From NCBI RefSeq assembly GCF_018977255.1, contig NW_024704743.1:33544001-33608000 (forward strand): DNA of 64,000 bases. The letters run 5' to 3'. The translations under genes and the position numbers were made by a program. This stretch comes from Callorhinchus milii (lineage: Eukaryota). The notes beneath the pieces are model-generated. The model was not told where the DNA came from and ran no database searches. It saw only the letters and a program-made list of their open reading frames with translations. Shown one piece after another: positions 1 to 12,690 of this stretch (position 1 is the stretch's first letter; every line of letters starts with the position of its first letter).

Positions 1-165
1 ATATTTTATGGGCGAAATGGACTGAAGTGACCGATTTATTTATTTTTTTGAAGGAATTATTCCCCCCGGAAAAGCGATCTGCCAAACAACTAACAACTGG
101 GTTCCTATTTACTGCTAGTTAAAGAGAGGCATGTGGAGTAAGGAACCTTCCCAACATTTTGCCCT
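1..165 (-). mobile_element. Partial tRNA-derived SINE (body), same family as 2204-2556
   Basis: Reverse complement matches the body of the copy at 2204-2556 (ccttactccaca...gcagtaaataggaacccagttgttag...gatcgcttttccgggg). Confidence 0.75.
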
Positions 166-540
166 ACTTTACACATTACAGTAAATCCGGTGACGTCTCA
201 ATGTCATGATAATATATCAAATGCAAGGATTATTTTATTTCCATTCCAGCAAAACCCCTTCAGAGGAAACTATTCTGCTCTTTTGAATACTTTCACTAAT
301 GTATTGCTGTGTTACGTGTACTATTTTAAATCTTACATTACTTCTGTTAAACATAATGATAGGAGAAAAAGTAGATGAAGAAAGGCCACTTCTGTGAGAT
401 AACAGATTTGTACTGAGGTGCAGGTTCCTTCTGGTGCAGATGCAGAAACATTGACTAATTTTTTTACCCTCTCCCAAACCGGAGACACAAATACCTATTC
501 CAGTACTCAGACTTCCATGCCAGCTGAGAGAGAGATCAGA

Positions 541-670
541 TAATAATAATAAAAATAATCCTTGCATTTAGTATATTACATTTCACATCAGGTGGATGTC
601 CCAAACCACTTCATAGGGGATATATATTGTAAACTCCAGTGACTGTGTGTTTTGTGGGCAAATATAAATA
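541..670 (-). mobile_element. SINE 3' tail (L2-type tail)
   Basis: (TAA)n-tccttgcattt...cttca...tttgtgggc. This tail recurs many times across the window in both orientations. Confidence 0.65.
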
Positions 671-1442
671 CAGCAATCACATAAATGTATATATTGTAGT
701 ATTTCGCACACTACGGATTGGAATTCGGAGTTTCCTACTCCTCATATCTCTATTTCTCATGGGTACACAAGTTTCTTCGTTGTTTCTAAACTAAATTAAC
801 TTTTACCAACACTGGGCCTGCATCAACATGCGAAGCCCATATGCTGTTGCTGTCCTTTGGTCAAAGGGCTCTGCTGTGAATGGGTAGAAGATGAATAAAG
901 TCACTGGGGACTATCATGCACAGTTCGTTAAACCCTAGCGTGTTGTTGCATTGCATTAAAGACTGTGCATAACATCTCCTTAGTCATTCGTTAAGGTTAA
1001 TGAATATGAATTAAAAAGAGCAGATTAGAAGTTGAGGTACTGAAAGGCATCACACGTGGACAAAAGCTGTTTATTAAGCCTGTTACTGGACTGTTACCTG
1101 GTGCTTGAATGAAAACACAGACCAAGATGGCAACATTTTTCAGCAATTGCAAAGTCTGATTAATAAGAGCAGAGTCCGTCATTTCGGCACGCACCGGGCA
1201 GATATATCCGAAATTCACTGTGAAAAATGATTAATATTCAACAAGAGTATGTACTGAGGTCGAACATTTATGAATTCTTGAGAATCCTGTTGTTAACACT
1301 GTATTGTTAATTCTGTTTAGAGCCAAAGCAAGAGCACTTCTGTGACTCATAATCGTTCATGCCATCCCAGAGTTATATCATTCCTTCGATCATCGGGACA
1401 GTGCCTATTGTTAGATAGGCCAGCTCATCAAGATTTTATGTA

Positions 1443-1858
1443 TAATAACCCTTGCATGTGGTATAGCACCTTTCACATCAGGAGGGCTTCACAGGATATA
1501 CTGTAAAGTGTAGTGAATGTGTATTTTGCAGCCTGTAGTGGCCTATAGTGACACAAACAGCAATGAAGTGAATGACCAATTTTAACTGGGAGATTGTTAG
1601 CCAGGACACCAGGAGAAACTTCCTCGTCTTTTCGACTTGTACCATGGGATCTTTAACTTTCATCTGAACAAGCACAGATGGGAGCTTGGTTTTATATCTC
1701 ATCCTAAGGATGGCACCACCAACAATGCAGTGCTCCCACCAGCACTATATTGGAGTCTGCCGAGACTACACAAGTTCAAAGTTTCAACTTGGGGCTTGCA
1801 CCCACAATCTTCTGACTCAAAATTATGTGTGTGACAAACTGAGCTAGGCTGATACTCC
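1443..1858 (-). mobile_element. DeuSINE (SacSINE1/AmnSINE1-like), near full length
   Basis: On -: tRNA-like head (cagcctagctcagtt...), Deu core (gggagcactgcattgttggtggtgccatcc...aagttaaagatcccatgg) and L2-type tail. Confidence 0.8.
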
Positions 1859-2029
1859 GTAGAGAGGTGATTATAACAATAGCATTCCTTGCATTTGATA
1901 TAGTGCCTCATTACATCGTTGAGACATCTCAATGAGCTTCACAGAATGTAATGTAAAGTGAATTGACTGTATATTTTGTGGGCGAAATTATATGTTTCAT
2001 CCTTTCTATTTAATAATCAATATATTTAA

Positions 2030-2155
2030 GGGAGATATTATAGCACGGTCGAAGAGGAGGGTCTTGAGGTGGGTCTTGAAGGTGGCGAGGGAGGGGGCGA
2101 GATGGAGGGACTGCGGGATGGAGTTCCAGAGGGTGGGTGCAGAGTGGCAGAAGGT
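2030..2155 (-). mobile_element. L2 LINE 3' fragment
   Basis: Matches the 3' end of the L2 copies at 12691-13708 and 55775-56476 (ctctggaactccatccc...cttcaagacccacctc). Confidence 0.8.
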
Positions 2156-2203
2156 GAATAGTTTCACCAAGAATAGTTTTCCCCCGCCATGTATGGTTCA
2201 TAG

Positions 2204-2556
2204 AGCCCTGTAGCTCAGTGGTTAGAGTACTCGCCTCACAAGTGAGAGGATCTGGGTTCGATCCCCAAGTAGGGCAAAACTTTAGGCAAGTTTCCTTACT
2301 CCACACACCTCTGCTTACCTAGCAGTAAGTAGGAACCCAGTTGTTAGTCAATTGACAGATCGCTTTTCTGGGGCTAATAAGCCCCTTCAAAAAAAAATGT
2401 GGTCACATAATCCATGACTATTTGTGTGACACTGCTGTGTGTAATTCATCCACAAACACGTGCAGTCAATTCACTTTACAATATTTTCTGTGAAGCACTT
2501 TGAGGTGTCTTGAAGACGTGATAAGTCGTTATATCAAATGCAAGAATTATTATTAT
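2204..2556 (+). mobile_element. Full-length tRNA-derived SINE (Val-CAC-like head)
   Basis: A-box TAGCTCAGTGG, anticodon arm ctcgc-ctCACaa-gtgag and B-box GGTTCGATCC. Body gcaagtttccttactccacacacctctg...agcagtaagtagg, then the shared tail ending aaatgcaagaattattattat. Confidence 0.85.
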
Positions 2557-2621
2557 GGTAACAGAATTTGCAAAGCTTGCCAATAATTAAATGTGTGTCA
2601 CGTAAACCCACTCCAAGGTAA

Positions 2622-2975
2622 CATAGTCCAGGCTGACACTCCAGTGCACTGCAAGGAGAGCCAGGGAGGTGTCATCCTTCAAATGAGATATTTAACCAAG
2701 GTCCCCTCTTCCCATTCTGATGGACGTTAAAGATCCCATGGCACTATTTAAAAAACAGATTTCTCTGGGATTTCTCTGTGTCCTGAACAACAATGCCCCT
2801 GAGATACAAAATTGGTCATTCACTTCAAGGCTGTTTGTGGAAAATTACTGTGCGCAAATTGTCTATCGTGTTGGCTTACAAGTAAAGTCACTACATTTTG
2901 CAGAAAAAAATCTAAAATGCTTTGGCGTTTCAATGTGATGAGGTGCTATATCAAATGCACAAATTATTAGCGTAT
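2622..2975 (+). mobile_element. DeuSINE, 5' truncated
   Basis: aggctgacactccagtgcact...ggacgttaaagatcccatggcactattt...gtgcgcaaatt...atatcaaatgca. Confidence 0.8.
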
Positions 2976-3789
2976 TATAATGACTAACGGATTTCTATGG
3001 GTTGCTTCATTGTCCACATAGCTTGCTTCAGCCATTCTCCTCGAGAGTCGGGCTGGGCATGCAGTTACATGCATTTGGGATTTCTCACCATCCCTGTCAA
3101 TCTAATTTTAGGCTGCACTTAAATAGGAATCTTCCAAGTACTTGTCTAAAATTAACAAGGTTGCTATATTTCTATCTCAGTGCTGTAGTACCCAGGAGAC
3201 ATATTCATTACTCAATGTGCTTCGCTACAGGGAGCAGTCCTAAGATTTTATTTCTGATCTTTTCAGCATATTTATTAATAAGGAACCATTTATCTACTCC
3301 CCTGATGGCTCAGTAAGTTTATTCTGTGAGTACCTGACATCTACGGACTGTGAAGTTTCCCAATTCACTCCACTTTTGTTCTGTTTGTTGATCTCACCAT
3401 TAGAGATGGCACGATTGGATACTGAAAAATTACTCAGGTATTGACTGACCCAGGCTGGAAGCACATGTGTACAGATCTCATAAGATTAGGCTCATCAATT
3501 TGGGCTAAGTCAAATAGTCTGCTGGTACTCATCCTGAAGGCTCCCACTTGGCCATTTGGGCTAGGTACCAAAGACCACTGATGCCAATAGAATGCTACCA
3601 CAATAGAAGGGAAAGGAATCAAATGTTTTCGAGTGAGGACGAAATGGCAGAACATATTTGTGTAAGAAAAAAGGAACCACCAACCAACTATATCTAGAAC
3701 TCTGGAGATGGTTTGATGGGTTAAGAGCTCTGAGATGTTACCCTGCGTGGAGGGTGCTATATAAGTGCAAGTTGTTGTTGTTGTTCATG

Positions 3790-4097
3790 AATTGTGATGC
3801 TGAACCACATAAAGCAGGACTTTCAATCTGTGTTGAGTCAGCTGATCTCAGTGCAAGGTAGTATTCGCAGTTGTGCAATTGACCTCAGTAGCTTTAGGCA
3901 AAGGGGTAAAAATGAATCAGGTGATGTACTAGGGCAAGATCAAGCTTGGGTGTGTTACCCTCATATTTGAATACCCTGCTGATATTCACTGTCTAGGCTC
4001 ACACATAAAGTAGGGCAAGACAGTAGAGAACAGTTGACACCTACGGAACTCATGAGCATGAGACTTCATCTTTAGAAGAGGAGAAGAGAAAATTGGA
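3790..4097 (+). mobile_element. Ancient SINE, AmnSINE2-like
   Basis: ctgtgttgagtcagctgatctcag...tcactgtctaggctcacacat...agaagaggagaagagaaattgg. Related copies at 9070-9310 (-) and 53725-54222 (+). The family name is from memory of the consensus. Confidence 0.55.
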
Positions 4098-6040
4098 AGG
4101 GGGAATATTTATGGACTTTATAAAGACCAATTGAATTTGCATTTTATTCACAAACTGAATTTGTACCAACAACTTATTGACAAGTTAATTTTAGCAGACA
4201 CAAAGAGGAATCGCAGTTTCCAGTGGCTAGGAAAATGTGACATGGGAAGGGAAGTCACAATGCAAAAAAAATCCTTCAAATTCCACTCCCTTTATGGCAT
4301 TGCAAATTACCTTCTTGTGATGAATCCCCTCTAACAGCTTCAACCGATTGTAAGGTATGTTGCAGACAACTCTTTTTTTCCATTTCACTGACCTGTGCTA
4401 TGGGGGGCATCTGTTCTTTGGCACTCCCATGAGGGCTGGAGGCCACAGCCAGGGAACTTTTGAATTTAAAACAAAACCAAAAGCAAATGCTATTGCTTAG
4501 GTTGGCAAGCTGTACATTTTGGAATGCACTGACCCCCTCTCCACCCTGTTCGCTCTGGTCTTGAATGACAGTGACAGTTTGGGGCAAATGTTGCTGTCCT
4601 GGAGACTTCCCATCCTTTAAAGCATCTTTCACAATGCAAATTTCTCTTCTCCTCTACAAGAGTTCCCATTGTGTTACAAATGTAGCAGTAGCAATTTCAC
4701 ATCACTAGTTTGTTTCTGGAGATAGCTAGTAGTGTACAATAAGCGATTTTGCTGACAAGATTTGGTATTAGCCAAATGACGGAATCACTTGGGGTCACAT
4801 CTCTAGTTGTTTCCACATACTGGATATCTGGCTTGATCTGAAACAAGCAGCACTAGCAACATTCCCCAACTAAACATCATACCTTCAGTATCGCAATGAC
4901 ATCCAAACCTTCACGCAGAAGCAAATCAATGTCAAGAGCTGTTTTGCAATCTCTCCTGAGCCACATAATGCTAGCAGACTCCCATCCGCCACCCGCCCCC
5001 CCAAAAAGGTGAGAATGGGCAATGAATCAAGTACCGAGATGACATGAAAACATTTACACAATAATGAGCCAACAATTGAAGGTTTTTCTGGGATCCGCAT
5101 TAGCCAAATGACAAAATCATACAAAAAAACAGGAGCAAAGCCATCTGATTTTCAGGCACATCTCCCAATCTCGTCTGCCATTATTTAATAATACCCCGTA
5201 ACCCTCTGATGACAGTTTGCACGTATGTCAACATTTTGGCATCATTACGATACTTGCCCGATGGCATCAAAAGTGCTGTGGAATGTCATTTCATGCAGAC
5301 ATGTTGCAAAGGTTGTATAAAAACTTTTTGTGTCGGGAAAGGCACTATATAAATGAAATGTATAGGAATTGTATTGCATTGGGACTCCAGACACACGGGA
5401 TCCTTGAGCTAAAAGAAGCATTAGAAACATTGGGGTCTGTAATTTGTAAAATGTGCTAACCAGAATGCATAAGGATGTGGTTTACAGAACTCACTTAATA
5501 CGTTGCAATCTAGATAAGATATAGGTATTTAAGCTAATTTTGAGTGGTTAGACACAGCCTGCAACAGGACGGGTTTTGCAATGGTTGTGGAGGGAGGGTG
5601 GCTTTTTCTCACAGCCGGGTTTCTTATGATTTCTAAGAATCTATCAAGCATCGATTGGTGATCTCTTCATTACTCTTTTTTTACAATCGGAACTTCCAGA
5701 TCAGTGATTTCTTTTGTCACAGATGTTTTGCTTTGTGTCCAGTGTGTTACCATCATTCCCTCTAACATTGCCAATAAGTGCTGCATATCTGTGGAGACAC
5801 TGCAGTGACATTTTTATATGTCTTTGGCTGGAAGTAGCGGGGGGTGGGGTTGAAGAGGCATTGCATTGTCTTGACACCAGCAGTACACTAGGAAGCCTTT
5901 CTGGTCATTATTTCAGTATGCCAACAGTGTGTTGACATAACACAGTACTGGGAATAAAGCAACAAGAGTAGGCCATTCAGCCTGTCAAACCTGTTTTCTT
6001 GGAATGTGGCTTTTATGTGCAATTCCCTGTTTTTTCGTTC

Positions 6041-6071
<31 letters not shown>

Positions 6072-6204
6072 AGAAAGAAAAAACAGTGAGTTTCGCATAA
6101 TGTAACACATAAGAGATGTATTTTGCTCCACAATTTTCTCTTCTCCTCTCATGAAGGTGCTGGCTGATACTGGAATTTGGTTCTGTGGGTGTTGTGTGAA
6201 TCAA

Positions 6205-6312
6205 AAACATGGCACAAACACATAAATAGCTGGGAAAACGCAGTAGATCAGGCAGCATGCATGGAGAGAAGAAAATTAGTTAACATTTCAGATCAATGAC
6301 CTTTTGTCAGAC
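6205..6312 (-). mobile_element. Penelope-like terminal-repeat fragment with decayed hammerhead core
   Basis: Similar to 7371-7496 (tcaggcagcat...ggagag...gttaacatttc...). On - it reads CTGACAA-aaggtcattgatct-GAAATGTT. Confidence 0.55.
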
Positions 6313-6329
6313 AATGGGTTTGAGCAAGT

Positions 6330-6630
6330 TCTGTGACTGTGGAAATGTGGCACAGCCACACTAAATGGATATAATTTTAGGTGTCTGGTGAGATGTTTTA
6401 CAAAAATATCTCACCAGACACCTAAAATTATACCCATTTAGGTTTTATGCAGGTTGTATACACTGCTAAATGGGATAGAGAAAGAATATACTTTCACATT
6501 CGGCAATGCCACAGGACAATAGGGCTGTGAGGGAAACCAGAAAGTATTTCTTTACACAGTGGGTGATTAACAGCTGGAATGGGTTAACTGAAAAAGTGGC
6601 TAAACTCATTTAAGAAGCAGCTTGATACTG
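6330..6630 (+). mobile_element. CR1 LINE 3' fragment (decayed)
   Basis: tttctttacacagtgggtgattaacagctggaatgggtta...catttaagaagcagcttgat resembles the CR1 ORF2 C-terminal FF..RV...WN.L...FK..LD region. Confidence 0.6.
6361..6441. repeat. ~80-bp near-perfect hairpin (local inverted duplication)
   Basis: ctaaatggatataattttaggtgtctggtgagat pairs with atctcaccagacacctaaaattatacccatttag. Confidence 0.95.
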
Positions 6631-7322
6631 TAATGGGAAAGACAGTAAGTGTGACCATGGGTGTTCTGCAAGGATGAAAATTAATCACGAGATCACGTTA
6701 GGTGATCTACAAAATACTCAGTCACTGTACTTTGCAGTATATCCTTTGAGGAACTTAGAGACGTCCTCCCGATGTGAAAGGATTATATCAAATATAAGGA
6801 TGTTTCTGTTATCTTTTGCGAATGGAAATTGGACAAAGTACAAAATCTGTGCACCATACCCCAAACCATATGTTAGTTCAGGAAAGAGAAAAAAATGGGT
6901 AAATAAATAAAAACGAGGCTCCTTTAAATTGAGTCCAAAACTTCCATCATATGGTATGGAGGCCAGAACACTGCCATGTAAAGCTAGCAATATTCTTACG
7001 GACTAATTTAGTAGACACACACTTACAAAAACTAACTGCATTTCTAGTACAAACACAGGCAAATATTCAGGAGAAAGCTGAAGAGTACTATGTGTTGCAT
7101 GTGTGAACTTTTCATTGATTCAACGGAAACTTTGTGATTAATTTATTATTGAAAAGTTTTCCTGCTATTTATTATAAAAGTATAAAAGTGAACTATCAAA
7201 TGTTATACAGAAAACAATTCATCAGCACAGAAACTAGCTGAAAATTATTTATATTATTACAACTGGAGTAGCCAGTTGGGGACATTATCAGGAATGTTAT
7301 AAATCTGTTAGCAATGTTATAT

Positions 7323-7907
7323 ACAAAATGCAAAATACTGCAGATGCTGAAAATCTGAAACAAAAACAGAAGTCACTGGGAACACTCAGCAAGTCAGGCA
7401 GCATCTATGGAGAAAGGAAAGTGAGTTAAAGTTTCGGGTCCACAACCCTTCATCAGAACTCGCATGTTGGGAGGGAGAGGATTTTAAGGGCTAACAGAGA
7501 GGGGGGAGGTAGGGCAAGGAAGACAAAGGAGAAAATGGGGTAGAGGATAGAGGATGATGGGTTAAAGGGGTGTTAATGATGCAAAACAACGGGAGGATTT
7601 TCAACAAAATAGAGGAATACAGGTGTTAATAATGCAAAACAAAAGGGGGAAATTGCAACAAAATAGGCAGATCAGAGAGAGAAAAGGTGTGGCTGGGACC
7701 CAGATGATAATCACAGAAGAGGGGGAGGAGGAAGGGGAGCTGTTATGGTCTGAAATTGTTGAAATCAATAAACAATTGTTAGCCCTTAAAAGCTTCTCCC
7801 TCCCAACATGCCCCAGTTTTGATGAAGGGTCGTGGACCCGAAACATTGACTCACTTTCCTTTCTCCATAGATGCTGCCTGACCTGCTGAGCGTTCTCAGT
7901 GACTTTC
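7323..7907. mobile_element. Non-autonomous Penelope-like element with ~125-bp inverted terminal repeats and a 12-bp target-site duplication
   Basis: Inverted repeats at 7371-7496 and 7777-7904. Direct repeat GCAATGTTATAT at 7311-7322 and 7908-7919. Carries the gatgctgcctgacctgctgag signature typical of shark Penelope-like ends and hammerhead-like cores. Confidence 0.8.
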
Positions 7908-9069
7908 GCAATGTTATATCAATTTTTTTAAAAAGCTTGTCTTACACAACAGTTAGTTTCTAAAGGGGCCCTGATCCAAATATGCTGCAAAACTGAGGAA
8001 ATATTAAATGCTTGAAATTGTACTTAATCTTGGCATGTGAGATCATTTTGTTTTAAAATTGAAATTTCCACCCAGAATTGTGGAAAATTCTTAAATTCAT
8101 TCTGAATTTGGAAGCCCATTTTCACAGTTCTCAAGAAAGAAACTGACTTGCAAATTAAGATCAATTTTTCCATAATCCCTTCTGATTTAAAATTATAAAG
8201 CAAAATGTCCTTACCTTTCGTAGTTGGAATTACAGTACTATATAAAATACTGATTATATTTGCATTGAATACTCCCCAAAAAAATTCTGAAGTAACAACA
8301 ACATATTTTTTAAAAAATTACCCAATACAAGGGAAAATTTGGTAATACATAGGAAAGGTGAACTTGTAATGGCTTTACGCTTATCTTGGGATGTTGCCTT
8401 ATCGTATTTAGTTGCATTATAGTGGTTGTCTCACGCTGTCAGCACATTGTGATGGCAGCAGCAGAGAATATAAATTGAATGTTAACCTTGGCAGTGGTAT
8501 TTGAAGACTATACCCGTCAACATTCCTGAACTTGGTGGGGGACTCCCAAACCATTGCCTCATTTATTGATTGAAATTCTTACTAGGCATCATTAAGAAAA
8601 ACATATTGTGAAAGTCAAACCTCCAGAATTGAACTATTCTAATGATGGCAGATGCAGAAGATATGAAACCATAAAATAAAACTTGGCACCAGAGTGGTGG
8701 AAGATAAGAACTCACTGTGGTTGGTAAATGTAGGTGACAGGATTTGTCAACGTAAATACTTTGTTTCTATTTCCACGCAGCAAGAGTTCATGGAAATAGC
8801 AGAGACGTCATTTCAGCCTTTGAAAGTTGATAACATTACTTCAGTTTGATTTTTAGATAAGTAGTCAATTCTAAACTAAAGATTTCTGTACACACTGAAC
8901 ATTAGATAATCTGGATTTACACACAAGAAGATGATTCCTTCAATCTTGATAAATGTTATTGACCAGTGGAGATTAAGATTGGTAAATTTACTGATAATTG
9001 GACAATCACCTCCTTCATCTTTATTATCCACTGGATCACTATATTGGAAAGTTAATCCTTGATCTCAGT

Positions 9070-9310
9070 GCTTCTCCTCTGTTCTCCTTCCGGGACTGAA
9101 GGCATTGACTTGTGTTGGGCTACAGTTCTGCAAACATCTTCCAACCAAAATAAACATTCTTTATGTATGTATCAATCAATCCCATTTGGTCAGCCCTCTA
9201 TTTACTAGTCTACCAACACATAACTACAGTGCTAACCAAATGGGCTTGACTGAAATCAACTGATTCAGCACACAAGAGTTTCACCTGGAATCTTCCTATC
9301 TGCATGGTCA
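9070..9310 (-). mobile_element. AmnSINE2-like ancient SINE (decayed)
   Basis: Reverse-complement similarity to 3790-4097 (tgctgaatcagttgatttcag; agtcaatgccttcag...gaggagaag). Confidence 0.45.
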
Positions 9311-9339
9311 TTAATGATAATGATTTTCCTGATAACTTT

Positions 9340-9605
9340 TACAGTTATGAATTCGGCAGCAAATGTTCACACCGCATTGTTTCACAAACAGCCAAAAGTG
9401 AATTTTATCTGGGAGATTGTTGGGCAGAGCACTGGGAGAAACTTCTCTTTAATATCTCCTGAGCAAGCAGATGAGTCTTCACTTGAATGAAGGACAGCAT
9501 CTCCAAGAATGCAGCACAGAACTGGAGCGTCAGCCCAGACTGTGAGTTCAAAGTCGTGACATGGGGCTTGAGACCCACAGCCTCTGACTCAGAGATGAGC
9601 CAGGA
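9340..9605 (-). mobile_element. DeuSINE (decayed)
   Basis: On -: ctctgagtcagaggctgtgggtctcaagcccc...gtgctgcattcttggagatgctgtcc. Confidence 0.65.
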
Positions 9606-10164
9606 GGGTTCAGTACAAAGTACATTTTCCTTTTGGGTAACAACATGGTTAAAAGTCATTCACAGCTTCTTATTTCTTATTAATAGTCTAGTTCACTGCC
9701 CTTGTCTAGTTGAAATTTATAGTTGTAATCCAGAAGGTGAGATACAAAGATATTCTCATCTCTGCCACGCTTTGATCCATCAATTCCAAACTCCTCAATA
9801 AGGAGCAGACTGGAGAACTCTAGTGCACACAGGCCAAACTGCATTGCAGTCACAGGTTGCTTGTGACAGTTTCTACGTTCTTTTGTGACTTCACAACATT
9901 TTCATTACAAAGTCTGCATGAGATCAGCCTGCACTGCATGTAGGAGCTGCCAATGGGAAGGAAATGTCAAAAGTATCCACAAATCACAGCTACCTTTGCT
10001 CTCCAGGTTAGATACAGAACTGCCATCTTTGGTGGATGGACTTTTTTTAGTACGAATTGACTTCCGATTTCTTTTAAAGTAAAATTTGCAGCAAAATTGC
10101 ACTATGAAGGATGGTGTATAAAAACAAATGAGGTTCACAAGATCCCCCGATTGGTTTGGATGAA

Positions 10165-10370
10165 AAATGCCCTTCGGCCCATCTGATCTCATCCCTCCAG
10201 ACCACCACCCTCCCATCACAGCAACAAGCTGCTTTTTAAATATGTCCAGCATCCTGTTCTTACTTCCTATATATAGTACCTTGTATTTGTCCTATTGAAC
10301 TTCACTTGCCACCCATCAGCCCTTGTGAATACCCTATCAAACTCTCTTTGTAAGACCTTTGCTGGTTCAT
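10165..10370 (-). mobile_element. CR1 fragment including 3' end
   Basis: On -: ttcaataggacaaatacaaggtactatatataggaag...gatcagatgggccgaagggcatttt, which is CR1 ORF2 and tail-like. Confidence 0.5.
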
Positions 10371-12019
10371 CCAGGAAAGAACAGAAGAATTGCACCATTG
10401 ATGGCTGACTTGTTTGTGAAGGCATGTTGACATCTATTTATTTTACTGTAGCAACCTAATCAATATGCAGGGGTCACCCATCCTCTAAATGTATTGACTT
10501 GTCTATTCACGAAAACTTGACAATAAATTTGTCGATAAGTGCCAACTGATCTTGAAGTACCGCTTAGTTCAAGAAAAATCTAAAATGAGACATGGGGGCA
10601 GAAGAGTCTAATACCACTTTTACCCTCCTGATGGTTCCTGAGTCACAGAAGCTTACAGGAGAATATCAGAAATCTTTGCTCCTGGCCTTTTTGAACAATG
10701 CTGATGGTGGAGATCACAAAACAATTCTAACCTCATGTTAACCCCAAATTTACCAGTGAAGACAACTATGTAGTGTCATCACAGAATGATGGTCACACAA
10801 TCTGAAGCCTCAAATGGGCGGATATCTCCTCCTTCTCCCCTATTCGAAATCAATGAGCAAGAATTGCATCCAAATTGATCTATTGTCATGTTAGTGAGTT
10901 AGCTGCTGCTGCATGGAAACACAAAAAGTTTTTCCTCAACTAATCTGGTAGCTTACTTCCACAGCTACATTCAGTTAAAGTTATAATTTTAGGAACCTGT
11001 TAGAAAAATAAATCTCGCTGTCATGTTGCATCGTAAAAAATGGGCATTTAGAAGTAAAAGTACTAAAACTAATCAACAGCAGATTTGTGGCAAGGTGACA
11101 CCTTTGTGTGAACAGAGCCATTCATTCACTGGTGCAAAACACCTATTCGGAGCTCTCAGGTGCTTAAGACTGCTGTGGTGTAGCATTGCCATTATGAGAT
11201 TGAAAGCCCATACTTATTCTACAAGGGATGTCAATAATTCCACTATTCCCAACATAATAATTTGCTATGGTGAAATTAAAAACAATCATTCACTGAAGAA
11301 AATGATGTTGGTAATCACTTAACATCCTGTCAAATTCCAGAACTGGTTTGTAAATTACAGGTATTTACATTTCTGAACTAACAGCAGTAATATAACTCTA
11401 CTAGTCTTTGCTATCACTGGAGTGAAAAATAACCCTCCTCTGATGGAAATAAATGGCTGGCTATGGAATTAAAGGATCATTATCACTGGGGATTTCAGGC
11501 TTGCAAACCAGATATTTGATTGTAGGCAGAGCACTCACAACTCACAGCTAAACTAGCAGCAGAGAAAAAGAAGGCAATGTTTTATTTATCGTGATGTATC
11601 TCAGGTCTAACTGCATCATTCCCGGAGATTTTAGGGTTGCAGTGGTCANTTTTTTCCCGAAGTCACAATTTCGATTTCCCATCTCTGCATGCCACAGGTA
11701 CCATAGTGCGGGCTGAGGGTTAGTGAGATAGATAAGCAATCTGTTTCCACACCTTTGTTGGGATTACAGTTTGACGGCAATTGGGACTGACTCACCCTCC
11801 CAGTGTTCTCTCCTGCTCGGTGGGGAACTTTCTTCCCGCTGCTCTGTCTGTGCCTCCAGCTGTTATTTCTGGCCATTTGAAATGAGATGCAGTTCTTGTT
11901 GTGTTGATTAATTCCTTTTTAAAAAGAGCTCGGTAGATATTGTCTTGGTAGGAAACAGGTCAGGTTGAACAGAGGAGATGTGGGAGATGGAAGATATTCC
12001 ATAGTTTTTGCTTACAACA

Positions 12020-12345
12020 GCAATAACAATTTGCATTATATAGCACCCTTCATGGGGGCTAGCGTTTCGGAGCCCTTGACAGTAGCAGAGTTTGACACGG
12101 AGTTGCAGAGGAGGGGGAGGTAACCATAAGCACAGTCGAAGTGGAAGGAGGAGGCAAGGCGGAGGGATCGAGGAAGAGAGTTCCATAGTTTGGGGGCATA
12201 ATGGCTGAAAGCCCAGCCACCAATGGCGGAGCAGAGAGGATGAGGGACGTACAGGAGGCTGAAGCCAGTCTAGTGGAGGTGGCGGGTTGTGGTGTAAGCA
12301 GGACAGAGAGGTAGGGAGGTGCCAGGGCATGAAGTGCTTTGTAAA
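12020..12345 (-). mobile_element. L2 LINE 3' fragment
   Basis: Similar to the 3' end of 12691-13708, with a (TTG)-type tail near 12020. Confidence 0.65.
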
Positions 12346-12422
12346 CTAGCTTAGTTTAGCTACTTTTGGGGACTGAAGAATGTCTGTGTGAGTTTGACCC
12401 CACCCCAGGATATTGTTAGATT

Positions 12423-12680
12423 GTCAGCCTGGCTCAGTTGGTAGAATTCTTATTTTCTGAGTCAGAAAGTTGAGATACAAGCCTCCACATTGGGACTTTG
12501 AGCTCGTAGTGTAAGCGAGTGTCAGATGCGGGAGTGCTGTATTGTTGTAGATGCTGTCCTTAGAATGAAATGTTAAATTGAGGTCCCGTCTGCCTCTTCA
12601 GTTGGATGTTAAAGAACCCATGACACCATTTGAAAAGAGAAGGGAGTTTCTCTTGGTGTCCTACCTAACAATCCTCCCAA
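12423..12680 (+). mobile_element. DeuSINE interrupted by an L2 insertion (remainder near 13718-13790)
   Basis: Head gtcagcctggctcagttggtag...ctgagtcagaaagtt and Deu core gaggtcccgtctgcctcttcagttggatgttaaagaacccatg. The tail gtttgcctacaaatacagtcactaca resumes after the L2. Confidence 0.8.
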
Positions 12681-12690
12681 TAAAACTGTC

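Noticed and set aside
2204..2276. tRNA-Val(CAC) gene
   Set aside because: The acceptor and T stems are imperfect, and the sequence continues directly into a SINE body and tail. It is a SINE head.
11649..11649. Isolated N bases (also at 37791)
   Set aside because: Ambiguous base calls next to T homopolymers, not biological features.
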